Positions 49,521 to 58,732 of a DNA stretch of 64,000 bases are shown piece by piece (position 1 is the stretch's first letter; each line of letters starts with the position of its first letter). The stretch covers positions 63,836 through 127,835 of the forward strand of contig JAVJOF010000015.1 of NCBI GenBank assembly GCA_040216925.1, written 5' to 3'. The notes below the pieces were generated by a model that was not told the DNA's origin, ran no database searches, and worked only from the letters and a program-made list of their open reading frames with translations. The DNA comes from Longimicrobiales bacterium (GTDB lineage: Bacteria; Gemmatimonadota; Gemmatimonadetes; Longimicrobiales; Gaopeijiaceae). Position numbers and translations under genes: made by a program.

Positions 49521-51227
49521 ATGCGCCCTGCCTTTCTCCACCCCGCCCGCTCGCTCGGAGGCCCTGCCGCGGCCGTTGCCGCCCGGACCCTCACGGTCGC
49601 GGCCGTCGCCTCGGCCCTCCTCGCGGCGGGTGCCCTCTCGGCCCAGACCGTCCCTGCCGCACCGCCCGACGCCGCCCTGCGCGTCGACTCCGTGTTCGCC
49701 GCCTGGGACTCCACCACCACGCCCGGGTGCGCCGTGGCGGCGTCGGTGGACGGCCTGACCGTCCTGTCCCGGGCCTACGGCATGGCGGACCTGGAGCACG
49801 GGATCCCGAACCGGACCGGGACGGTCTTCGAGGGAGGCTCCCTGTCCAAGCAGATCACCGCCGCCACCGTGGTGCTCCTGGCCCTGGACGGACGGCTCGA
49901 CCTCGACGGCGACATCCGCCGGTGGGTGCCCGAGGTTCCGGACTACGAGCACGTGATCACCCTGCGCCATCTGCTCAACCACACGAGCGGGCTCCGGGAC
50001 TGGGGCAGCGTCGCATCCATCTCCGGGTGGCCGCGGGAAGAGCGCAGTCACACCCACGCGCACGCCCTGGAGATCATCGCGGGGCAGCGGGCGCTCAACT
50101 TCGTGCCCGGCACCGAGTACTCCTACAGCAACACGGGCTACACGCTGCTCACCCTGGCCGCCGAACGGGCGGGCGGGGCGCCCCTCCGGGAGCTGTCCGA
50201 GCGCCTCGTGTTCGCTCCCGTGGGCATGCGCGACACCCAGTGGCGCGACGACTACCGCCGCATCGTGCCGGGCCGGAGCAGCGCCTACCGTGGCGGCCCC
50301 GGCTTCTGGGAGATCGACCGGCCCATCGAGCACGTGTACGGCAACGGCGGCCTGCTGACCACCGTCCACGATCTGCTGTTGTGGAACCGGGCGATCGACG
50401 AGCGGCGCTTCGGCCCGGACTTCCACCGGGAGATGCACCGGACCGGCGTCCTGACCGACGGGTCGGACATCGTGTACGCGTCGGGCCTCCGGGTGGAGGA
50501 CTTCGCCGGGGTGCCCTCGGTGACCCACACGGGCGCTACGGCAGGGTACCGGGCGTTCCTGGGGCGCTACCCCGAGCAGCGGCTGTCCGTGGCCATGCTC
50601 TGCAACGCCTCGAACGTACCCACGGGCGGGAGCGGGGGGGCGGTGGCCAGGATCCTGTTGGGCGAGGCCGCCACCGACCCACCGGTCCCCGACGCCGTGG
50701 CGGTGCCCGAGGGCACGCTCCGAAGCTACGCCGGCCTCTACCGGGAGCCCGTGACGGGCGAGCCCATGGAGTGGAGTCTGGAGGACGGCGCCCTGGTCAT
50801 GGACGGACGCACGGCGCTCATCCCGCTCTCGGCCACCGAGTTCGCCACCGGCCCGAGCGACACGCGCTACGTGGTGGTGCCGGGGCAGGGCGGGCGGCCC
50901 ACGGTCCGCGAGGAGGGGTGGGCCCACATGGGCCGGACCTTCGAGCCGGTGGAGGCGTGGACGCCGGACACGGCGTTCCGCGCCCGGGTCGAAGGGGTGT
51001 GGTGGAGCGCCGAGGCGGCCACGACGCTGCAGGTGGAGGACGACGGCGGCCACCTCGTGCTCCGCCGCGCCCCCGACTGGGAGCGCAGCCTCGAGCCGTT
51101 GTATCCCGGAGCGTTCGACGCCGGGGGATGGATCGTCCGGCTGCTGCCCGGGGCCGACGGCGTCGACGAGCTGTCGGTGTCCCTGGGGCGGGTCTACGAC
51201 ATGCGCTTCCGGCGGGACGGGGGGTAG
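49521..51227 (+). CDS. Serine hydrolase of the beta-lactamase/transpeptidase family, secreted
   Basis: Signal peptide. FEGGSLSKQITA (SxxK) and YSNTGY (YxN). Long C-terminal extension. Confidence 0.85.
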   Translation: MRPAFLHPARSLGGPAAAVAARTLTVAAVASALLAAGALSAQTVPAAPPDAALRVDSVFAAWDSTTTPGCAVAASVDGLTVLSRAYGMADLEHGIPNRTGTVFEGGSLSKQITAATVVLLALDGRLDLDGDIRRWVPEVPDYEHVITLRHLLNHTSGLRDWGSVASISGWPREERSHTHAHALEIIAGQRALNFVPGTEYSYSNTGYTLLTLAAERAGGAPLRELSERLVFAPVGMRDTQWRDDYRRIVPGRSSAYRGGPGFWEIDRPIEHVYGNGGLLTTVHDLLLWNRAIDERRFGPDFHREMHRTGVLTDGSDIVYASGLRVEDFAGVPSVTHTGATAGYRAFLGRYPEQRLSVAMLCNASNVPTGGSGGAVARILLGEAATDPPVPDAVAVPEGTLRSYAGLYREPVTGEPMEWSLEDGALVMDGRTALIPLSATEFATGPSDTRYVVVPGQGGRPTVREEGWAHMGRTFEPVEAWTPDTAFRARVEGVWWSAEAATTLQVEDDGGHLVLRRAPDWERSLEPLYPGAFDAGGWIVRLLPGADGVDELSVSLGRVYDMRFRRDGG

Positions 51228-51308
51228 GCCGGGGGCGCCGGCTTGCCCGGTCCCACGGTTCCGGCCCACTGTCCGGGTCCGTTTCCCCGCGCCCGGAGCC
51301 GCCCCGCG

Positions 51309-52997
51309 ATGCGATCTGCCGCCCGAACCGCTGCCGCCCTCCTTCTCGCCGTCGCCTCGACTCTCGGCTCCGCGCCCCACGCGGCCGCCCAGGACCTGGA
51401 CGACCTCAAGGACGAGGTCCTGGAGATGGTCCAGGCCGACGCGAAGATGGTCCAGGAGATCGTGGACATGCTGTTCAGCTTCGGCGAGCTGGGCATGCAG
51501 GAGTTCGAGACCCAGGAATACCTGACCGGGATCCTGGCGGACCACGGGTTCGAGATCGAGCTGGGCGTGGCGGGCATGCCTTCCGCCTGGACGGCGCGCT
51601 GGTCCAACGGCACGGGCGAGCCGGTCATCGCGCTGGGGTCCGACGTGGACGGCATCCCCCAGTCCAACCAGAAGCCGGGCGTGGCCTATCGCGACCCCAT
51701 CCTGTCCATGGCGCCGGGCCACGGCGAGGGGCACAACTCGGGGCAGGCCGTGAACATCGTGGCGGCCCTGAACGTGAAGGAGCTGATGGAGCGGGAGGGC
51801 ATCGACGGCACGCTCCTGATCTGGCCCGGGATCGCCGAGGAACAGCTCGGCTCGAAGGCCTACTTCGTCCGCGACGGGGTGTTCGACGGGGTGGACGTGA
51901 ACCTGTTCACCCACGTCTCGTCGAACTTCAGCATGACGTGGGGGCAGAGCAGCGGAAACGCCCTGGTGTCCGCCCAGTTCCGCTTCCGGGGAGAGACCGC
52001 CCACTCCGCCGGATCGCCGTGGCGGGGCCGGTCGGCGCTGGACGCCGTCATGCTCCTGGCCCAGGCGTGGGAGTTCAAGCGGGAGCACCTCCGCCCGCCC
52101 CAGCGCTCCCACTACATCATCGTGGACGGCGGCGACCAGCCGAACGTGGTGCCGCAGACGGCCACGATCTGGTTCTTCTTCCGCGAGGTGGACTACGAGA
52201 ACGTCGTGTCCATGTACGATGCGGCCAAGGACATGGCCCGGGGCGCCGCGCTCATGACCGGCACCGAGGTCGATACCATCATGACGATCGGCTCGGCGTG
52301 GAACCGCCACTTCAGCAAGCCGGTGGCGGAGGCCACCTACGCCAACATCCAGCGCGTGGGTCTGCCGGACTGGAGCGACGCGGACATCGCCCTGGCCAAC
52401 GGACTCCAGCGGGAGATGGGACAGGAGCCCCGGGGATTGCCGACGGAGATCCCGGAACTGGCCGGGCCGGTGGACATGTCCACCTACGCCGGCGGCGGCT
52501 CCGACGACATCGGCGACGTCAGTTGGAACATGCCCACCGTCACGCTCCGCTTCCCGGCCAACATGCCGGGCGGGCCGGGACACAACTGGGCGAACGGGAT
52601 CGCCATGGCCACGCCGATCGCCCACAAGGGGTCGCTGGCGGGTGCGAAGGTGCAGGCGCTGACGCTGCTCGACCTGTTCCTCGAGCCCCGGATCGTGGAC
52701 GACGCCTGGGCCTACTTCAACGACGTGCAGACCGCCGAGACCACGTACACGCCGTTCATCACGGCCGACGATCAGCCGGCCATCTGGCTGAACGAGGACA
52801 TCATGCAGCGCTGGCGGCCGCAGATGCGCCAGTTCTACTACGATCCGGACCGGTACGACACGTACCTGGAACAGCTCGGCATCGAGTATCCCACGCTGCG
52901 CTCCACGCCCATCAGCGACGACGGGGACGCGGCGGCACCGGCCGACGAGCCCCCCGCGGCGGCGCCCGCCGGATCCGGCGCGGCGCCCGGCCGGTAG
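51309..52997 (+). CDS. Peptidase M20 / AbgB-like amidohydrolase, secreted (paralog 1)
   Basis: Signal peptide. APGHGEGHNSGQA (GHxxGHN), GGSDDIGDVSWNMP. About four of five residues are identical to the ORF at 56925. Confidence 0.85.
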   Translation: MRSAARTAAALLLAVASTLGSAPHAAAQDLDDLKDEVLEMVQADAKMVQEIVDMLFSFGELGMQEFETQEYLTGILADHGFEIELGVAGMPSAWTARWSNGTGEPVIALGSDVDGIPQSNQKPGVAYRDPILSMAPGHGEGHNSGQAVNIVAALNVKELMEREGIDGTLLIWPGIAEEQLGSKAYFVRDGVFDGVDVNLFTHVSSNFSMTWGQSSGNALVSAQFRFRGETAHSAGSPWRGRSALDAVMLLAQAWEFKREHLRPPQRSHYIIVDGGDQPNVVPQTATIWFFFREVDYENVVSMYDAAKDMARGAALMTGTEVDTIMTIGSAWNRHFSKPVAEATYANIQRVGLPDWSDADIALANGLQREMGQEPRGLPTEIPELAGPVDMSTYAGGGSDDIGDVSWNMPTVTLRFPANMPGGPGHNWANGIAMATPIAHKGSLAGAKVQALTLLDLFLEPRIVDDAWAYFNDVQTAETTYTPFITADDQPAIWLNEDIMQRWRPQMRQFYYDPDRYDTYLEQLGIEYPTLRSTPISDDGDAAAPADEPPAAAPAGSGAAPGR

Positions 52998-53070
52998 GGG
53001 CGGCGGCGCTCCGGGGGGCGGCTCTCCACGCGCTTCGGGTCCCCGCCGGGCGGACCCTGCCCGGTCGACC

Positions 53071-53736
53071 ATGACCCGCGCGACCAGCGCGCCCGCGCCC
53101 CTCCTCGAAGCCTGCGTCACCACGGGGGCCGAGGCCGAAGCGGCCGTGGCTGCCGGCGCCCACCGCCTGGAGCTGTGCGTGCGGCTGGACGCGGACGGCC
53201 TGACGCCGCCGCCGGAGCTGGTGGCCGCGGTGACGGCCGCGGTGGCGGTGCCGGTCGTGGTGCTCGTCCGCCCCCGGGACGCCTGGACCGCCCGGCCGGG
53301 CGAGGTGGACGCCATGGCCGATCGGGTGGCGGCGGCGGTGGCGGCGGGTGCGGCCGGCGTGGCGGTGGGTGTCCTGACCGGGGACGGGCACGTGGACGAA
53401 GCGGCGCTCCGAGCCCTGGTGGCCGCCGCGGCGCCCCGGCCGGTCACGTTCCACAAGGCGTTCGACCGGGCCCACGACCTCGACCGGGGCCTGGACGCCG
53501 TCCTCGCGTGCGGCGCGGCCCGCGTGCTGACGTCCGGCGGCGCCGCGACCGCCTGGGCGGGCCGGGAGACGCTGGCGCGCCTGGTCCAGCGGGCCGGCGG
53601 TGCCCTGGAGGTGGTGGCGGCCGGGGGCGTGCGCGCCGACCACGCCGCGGCGCTGGTGCGGGCCACCGGCGTGCCGGCGCTCCACGCGAGGGCCGCGGCC
53701 TTCCCGGCGCTGGCCGAGGCGCTCGGGCGGGCCTGA
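53071..53736 (+). CDS. cutC: Copper homeostasis protein CutC family
   Basis: LLEACV...GAHRLELC...DGLTPP...VTFHKAFD...RVLTSGG...AAGGVRA aligns along the whole length to CutC. Confidence 0.8.
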   Translation: MTRATSAPAPLLEACVTTGAEAEAAVAAGAHRLELCVRLDADGLTPPPELVAAVTAAVAVPVVVLVRPRDAWTARPGEVDAMADRVAAAVAAGAAGVAVGVLTGDGHVDEAALRALVAAAAPRPVTFHKAFDRAHDLDRGLDAVLACGAARVLTSGGAATAWAGRETLARLVQRAGGALEVVAAGGVRADHAAALVRATGVPALHARAAAFPALAEALGRA

Positions 53737-53769
53737 CCCCGGGGCGGGCGCCGAGGCGCTCGGGCGGCG

Positions 53770-54528
53770 CTACCCGTCGAGCAGCGCCCGGAGCCCGTCG
53801 GAGTAGGTCCGGCTCGACACCAGGCTGGTCCCGTCGGTGAGCACCACGGCGAACTCGCCGTGGCTCCAGGGCTGCAGCTCCCGGATGCACGTCCGGTTGA
53901 CCAGATAGGACTGGTGGATGCGGACGAACCCGGAGGGCCGCAGGCGCTCCGCCATGGCCTTCAGCGTGCTCCGTGTCCGGAGCACCTGTCCCGGTGCGTG
54001 GAGGCGCACGTAGTTGCCGTCGGCCTCCACCCACGTGATCTCGGACGGGTCCACGAAGCGGACCGAGGTGCCGGTGGGCACGGCCAGGCGGCCGCGGGGC
54101 GCGTCGCCCGGCGGACCCGCGGCCAGGAGGCGCTCCAGGCGGGCCACCAGGTCCGCCGGGTCGCTGCGGAGGGCCGCCCGCACCCGCTCCACCGTGTCCA
54201 GGAACCGCTCCTCGGTGAAGGGCTTGAGCAGGTAGTCCACGGCCCGGGCATCGAACGCCGCCAGCGCATGGCGGTCGTAGGCGGTCACGAACACCACCGC
54301 CGGAACCGCCCCCACGCCCACTTCGCGCAACACTTCGAAGCCGTCCATCTCGGGCATCTGGACATCGAGGAAGACCACGTCCGGGCCCAAGGCACGGATG
54401 GCGTCCACGGCCGAGGGTCCGTCGTCGCACTCGCCGACGAGCTCCAGAGCCGCCACGCCGGCCACCAGGTCGCGCAGGCGCTTCCGGGCCGGGGCCTCGT
54501 CGTCCACGATCAGGGCGCGCAGCGTCAC
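53770..54528 (-). CDS. LytR/AlgR-family response regulator (REC + LytTR)
   Basis: ALIVDDEAPARKRL...FLDVQMPEMDGFEV...YLLKPF, then the LytTR domain ITWVEADGNYVRLH...FVRIHQSYLVN. GTG start overlaps the kinase stop. Confidence 0.9.
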   Translation of the reverse strand: MTLRALIVDDEAPARKRLRDLVAGVAALELVGECDDGPSAVDAIRALGPDVVFLDVQMPEMDGFEVLREVGVGAVPAVVFVTAYDRHALAAFDARAVDYLLKPFTEERFLDTVERVRAALRSDPADLVARLERLLAAGPPGDAPRGRLAVPTGTSVRFVDPSEITWVEADGNYVRLHAPGQVLRTRSTLKAMAERLRPSGFVRIHQSYLVNRTCIRELQPWSHGEFAVVLTDGTSLVSSRTYSDGLRALLDG

Positions 54529-55679
54529 GGCTCGGGGCTCCCGCCGCCGGGGTCGGCCGCGGCTCCTGATCGCGCATCGCCGGGCGCGTCGGGCGCGTCG
54601 GCCTCCCACGGAATCTCCACCCGCACCCGCGTGCCCCCTTCCGGGTCGTCGTCCAGCGTGAAGACGTGGTCCGTGCCGTACAGGCGGCTCAGCCGCTCCC
54701 GGGTGTTGCGGAGCCCCACGCGCCACTCCGACGGCTCCCGCTTGTCCGGCGGCAGTCCCGGGCCGTCGTCGCGCACGTCGAGGCGCAGTCGGCCGTTGGC
54801 CCGCCGGACTTCCAGTCGCAGCCGGCCCGCCCCCCGGCGCTGCGCGATGCCGTGCTCGACCGCGTTCTCCACCAGCGGCTGGAGCACCATGGACGGGACG
54901 CGGGCCCCCAGCGTGTCCGGGTCGGCGTCGATACGGGCGTCGAGGCGGTCGGCCAGGCGGATCTCCTGGATGGCCAGGTACCGGCGCACGAAGTCGAGTT
55001 CGTCGGCCAGGGGCACGACCTGGGCGTCCGACGAGTCCAGCACGGTGCGCAGCAGCCCCGCCAGTTGGGCCAGCATGTCCTCGGCCTTGGCGGGGTCGTC
55101 CCGCACGAACGCCGAGATCGCGTGCATGGTGTTGAACAGGAAATGGGGATGGAGTTGCGCCTTCAGTGCGGACAGCCGGGCGTCGGCCAGTTGGGCCGCC
55201 AGCTCGGAGGCCCGACGCGCCCGGGCCTCGCGCTCCCGGTGGTAGCGCGCCAGGTGGACCAGCCCCACCAGGACCCAGTAGGTCAGCAGGCTGGTGCCCA
55301 CCGCGCCGGCCATCTGGAGCTGGAGGTCCTGGATGCCGGGCAGCCCGAACGCCTTCCTGGCTGCCACGATGATGGCCACCCATGCGCCGCCGACGAGCAG
55401 GTTGAGGCCCAGGTGGGCCGGCACCCTCCACCGGAGCGAGCCCTCGTCCAGGGGCATCCGGACCGCCGCCAGCACCACCACGGGCGCCAGGAGCGCCCAG
55501 ACGTACCAGCCGGGCAGGGCCAGGGCCAGCACCAGGCCCAGGGGCGGGTAGTCGCCGCGCAGGGTGTAGCTCATCATGAGCTGCGTGGTGCCGATCAGCC
55601 CCGGCACCGTCCACGCCGCCACGTAGGCGAGAACCGTCAGGGGCCACCGGCGGCGCGCCGCCCTCAGGAGGGGATCCAT
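54525..55679 (-). CDS. LytS-type sensor histidine kinase
   Basis: About 5-6 TM N-terminal region. LHPHFLFNTMHAISAFV (His_kinase H-box), ENAVEHG, DDGPGL, VGLRNTRERL. Confidence 0.85.
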   Translation of the reverse strand: MDPLLRAARRRWPLTVLAYVAAWTVPGLIGTTQLMMSYTLRGDYPPLGLVLALALPGWYVWALLAPVVVLAAVRMPLDEGSLRWRVPAHLGLNLLVGGAWVAIIVAARKAFGLPGIQDLQLQMAGAVGTSLLTYWVLVGLVHLARYHREREARARRASELAAQLADARLSALKAQLHPHFLFNTMHAISAFVRDDPAKAEDMLAQLAGLLRTVLDSSDAQVVPLADELDFVRRYLAIQEIRLADRLDARIDADPDTLGARVPSMVLQPLVENAVEHGIAQRRGAGRLRLEVRRANGRLRLDVRDDGPGLPPDKREPSEWRVGLRNTRERLSRLYGTDHVFTLDDDPEGGTRVRVEIPWEADAPDAPGDARSGAAADPGGGSPEP

Positions 55680-55728
55680 GCGGCACCTTCTCCCGACGCG
55701 GCGGGTCCGGCAAGGTGGATGCTCCTCC

Positions 55729-56514
55729 TCACCCCCCTCGCAGCGCGTCGAGTCGGGCCCGGGCCTGGGCGTTCTCGGGGGCGATCTGCAGGATCCGCTC
55801 GTAGGCCTCGATGGCCCGCTCCGGGCGGCCGCCTTCTTCGTGGAGGCGTGCGACGGTGGACAGGATCGGGAGCGATTCGGGGTGATGCTCGAGGTTCAGC
55901 TCCCAGACGGCCAGGGCGTGGTCGGGCCGGCCCTCCGCCTCGAGTTCCTCGGCCAGGAGGTTGACCTCCCACTCCCGGAAGTCGTAGCGGCCGGCCTCCA
56001 GGGCCTCCCGGGCCCGGTCGTATGCCGCGGCCAGGGAGTCGGGGCCCTGGGTGTCCAGCACGATCCGGAGTTCCTGGGCCAGGAGCTTCGGTCGGGGGAT
56101 GCCCCGGTGGCACGTCTTGCACGTCATCTCCACGGGCGGATCGTCGCGGTCCGGGAGGTCGGTGGCCAGGCGCTGGTTGAGGTCGTCCACCATGGCCAGC
56201 ATCCACCGCGCCTTGACCTTGTCCGGGTCGTCGTCCGAGGCGAAGTCCACGCCCTCGAACGACACGCCGTCGCCGCCCACGTGGCAGTACTGGCAGCGCA
56301 CGCCGAGGGACAGGGACATCCGCCGCATCATCCCGACCAGCGTGGCCCGGTCGGTGTCGGCCGAGAGGTGCTGGAGGTTGGTGAACTCCGTGGGGATCTG
56401 CGCGGCGGCGGGCGCGGCGCCGAACGTCATCCCCAACGCGACGCCCGTCGCCCACCCCAGCCTCCGCACGGCGCCGCAGCCCTTCGATCCGCGTCCGCGT
56501 CCCATGAGTCCCAT
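55729..56514 (-). CDS. Secreted di-haem c-type cytochrome domain fused to TPR repeats
   Basis: Signal peptide. Two CxxCH motifs (CQYCH, CKTCH) in a reaction-centre-cytochrome-like arrangement. C-terminal TPR-like helices. Confidence 0.65.
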   Translation of the reverse strand: MGLMGRGRGSKGCGAVRRLGWATGVALGMTFGAAPAAAQIPTEFTNLQHLSADTDRATLVGMMRRMSLSLGVRCQYCHVGGDGVSFEGVDFASDDDPDKVKARWMLAMVDDLNQRLATDLPDRDDPPVEMTCKTCHRGIPRPKLLAQELRIVLDTQGPDSLAAAYDRAREALEAGRYDFREWEVNLLAEELEAEGRPDHALAVWELNLEHHPESLPILSTVARLHEEGGRPERAIEAYERILQIAPENAQARARLDALRGG

Positions 56515-56924
56515 GATCGCGCTCCCGTTCCCGTGGTCGGCCCGGACTCCCCGCCCGGACGCCGTCGTCGCTCACCCCGGAGAAGGCGAGGCTCCGCGGC
56601 CGGCGGAAAGGGGGTCGGGGACGAGCCGGACGCCTCGGGGGACGCGGCGGCCCGGCGTGGGGATGGCCGCGCGGGAGAAGCGGCGTGGGGCGGGCGGGGC
56701 GCGGGGATGCGGCGATGGGACGGTCGCGGGCTCCCTTCCCCGGGAGGGTGGGGCCCGGCACCGGGCCGGTCCATGCCCGGACGCGCCTGCCGCCCTCCCG
56801 CCCTCCCAACGCGCCCCCCGCGCCCGCCGTCGCTTGCCAGCCGCTCCGCCGCCCCGCATCCTCACGCAGCCGATCCCGGGTCCGCCCCACCGGACCCGTT
56901 CCAACCCGCACCGGAGTCTGCTTC

Positions 56925-58586
56925 ATGCATCGCGTTCTGCGCACCGCCACCCCCTTCGCCCTGGCCGCCGCGCTCCTCGCGGCGCCGGCCGCGGCCCAGG
57001 ACCTGGAGGCCCTCAAGGAAGAGGCCGTCGAGAAGGTCGAGGCCAACGCCAAGATGGTCCAGGAGATCGTCGACATGCTCTTCTCGTTCGGCGAGCTGGG
57101 CATGCAGGAGTTCGAGACCCAGACGTACCTGACCGGCCTGCTCGAGGAGCACGGCTTCGAGATCGAGCTCGGCGTGGCCGGGATGCCCTCGGCGTGGACG
57201 GCCCGCTGGTCCAACGGCAGCGGAGAGCCGGTCATCGCGCTCGGGTCCGACGTGGACGGCATCCCCCAGTCCAACCAGAAGCCCGGCGTGGGCTACCGGG
57301 ACGCCATCGTCAGCATGGCCCCGGGCCATGGCGAGGGGCACAACTCCGGGCAGGCCGTGAACATCGTGGCGGCCCTGGCCGTGAAGGAGATCATGGAGCG
57401 CGACGGCATCGACGGCACGCTGCTGATCTGGCCCGGCGTGGCCGAGGAGCAGGTGGCGTCGAAGGCGTTCTTCGTCCGCGAGGGCGTGTTCGACGGCGTG
57501 GACGTGAACCTGTTCACCCACGTCGGCTCGAACTTCGGCATGTCGTGGGGCCAGGGCGGCGGCAACGCCCTCTGGTCGGTGCAGTTCCGCTTCTCCGGTG
57601 AGACGGCCCACTCCGCGGGATCGCCGTGGCGGGGCCGCTCGGCCCTGGACGCGGTCATGCTCATGGCCCAGGCCTGGGAGTTCAAGCGGGAGCACCTCCG
57701 GCCCGCCGCCCGGTCGCACTACATCATCGTGGACGGAGGCGACCAGCCGAACGTGGTGCCCCAGACGGCCACCATCTGGTTCTACTTCCGTGAGCGCGAC
57801 TACGAGCTGACCAAGGAGCAGTACGACGCCGCCGTGAAGATGGCCGAGGGCGCCGCGCTCATGACCGGGACCGAGGTCGATACGATCATGACCGTGGGCG
57901 CGGCCTATGGGCGCTACTTCAGCAAGCCGGTGGCCGAGGCCACGTACGCCAACATCCAGGCGGTGGGCCTGCCCACGTGGAGTGACGACGATCAGACGCT
58001 GGCCCGGGGTCTCCAGCGCGAGTTGGGCGTCGACGAGGAAGGGCTGGCCACCGAGATCGGGGAGCTCGACGGTCCGGTGGACCTGTCGCGCTCGCTGGGC
58101 GGCGGCTCGGACGACATCGGCGACATCTCCTGGAACATGCCGACCGTCACGCTCCGCTTCCCGTCGAACATCCCCGGCGGTCCCGGCCACAACTGGGCCA
58201 ACGGCATCGCCATGGCCACCCCCATCGCCCACAAGGGCGCGGTGGCCGGCGCCAAGGTCCAGGCCCGGACGCTGCTGGACCTGTTCCTGACGCCGTCGCT
58301 CATCGACGAGGCGTGGGCCTTCTTCAACGACGTCCAGACGGCCGACACGGAGTACATCCCGTTCATCGCGCCGACGGACGAGCCGGCCATCTGGCTCAAC
58401 GCGGACATCATGGAGCGGTGGCGCCCGCTGATGCGCCCCCACTACTACGATCCGGACCGGTTCGAGACCTACCTCGAGCAGCTCGGCATCGAGTACCCGA
58501 CGGTCCGCTCCACGCCCATCAGCGACGACGCTGCTGCTGCGGCCGCGGCGTCCGGCTCCGGTACGGGAGCGCCCGGGGGCTCCTGA
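56925..58586 (+). CDS. Peptidase M20 / AbgB-like amidohydrolase, secreted (paralog 2)
   Basis: Same motifs as 51309..52997, including long identical stretches such as AKMVQEIVDMLFSFGELGMQEFETQ and GEPVIALGSDVDGIPQSNQKPGV. Confidence 0.85.
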   Translation: MHRVLRTATPFALAAALLAAPAAAQDLEALKEEAVEKVEANAKMVQEIVDMLFSFGELGMQEFETQTYLTGLLEEHGFEIELGVAGMPSAWTARWSNGSGEPVIALGSDVDGIPQSNQKPGVGYRDAIVSMAPGHGEGHNSGQAVNIVAALAVKEIMERDGIDGTLLIWPGVAEEQVASKAFFVREGVFDGVDVNLFTHVGSNFGMSWGQGGGNALWSVQFRFSGETAHSAGSPWRGRSALDAVMLMAQAWEFKREHLRPAARSHYIIVDGGDQPNVVPQTATIWFYFRERDYELTKEQYDAAVKMAEGAALMTGTEVDTIMTVGAAYGRYFSKPVAEATYANIQAVGLPTWSDDDQTLARGLQRELGVDEEGLATEIGELDGPVDLSRSLGGGSDDIGDISWNMPTVTLRFPSNIPGGPGHNWANGIAMATPIAHKGAVAGAKVQARTLLDLFLTPSLIDEAWAFFNDVQTADTEYIPFIAPTDEPAIWLNADIMERWRPLMRPHYYDPDRFETYLEQLGIEYPTVRSTPISDDAAAAAAASGSGTGAPGGS

Positions 58587-58732
58587 CCCGGAAGTACACG
58601 CGCCGGCGCCGTCCCGGGCCGGCGGTAGACACGAACGACCACGCCGAGGGCGGTGGGGCGGCCTGCCTCGCCGCCCTCGTGCCGTGGGGCAGGCCCACCC
58701 GCTGTCGGGACCCGTCCGGTCCGGGAGTGCCG

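Noticed and set aside
49296-53666. 1456-aa minus-strand ORF, the longest in the track.
   Set aside because: It spans four well-supported + strand genes (serine hydrolase, M20, cutC) and their intergenic gaps. Its composition is Arg/Ala/Pro/Gly junk. It has no domain signature. It is a GC-driven open frame.
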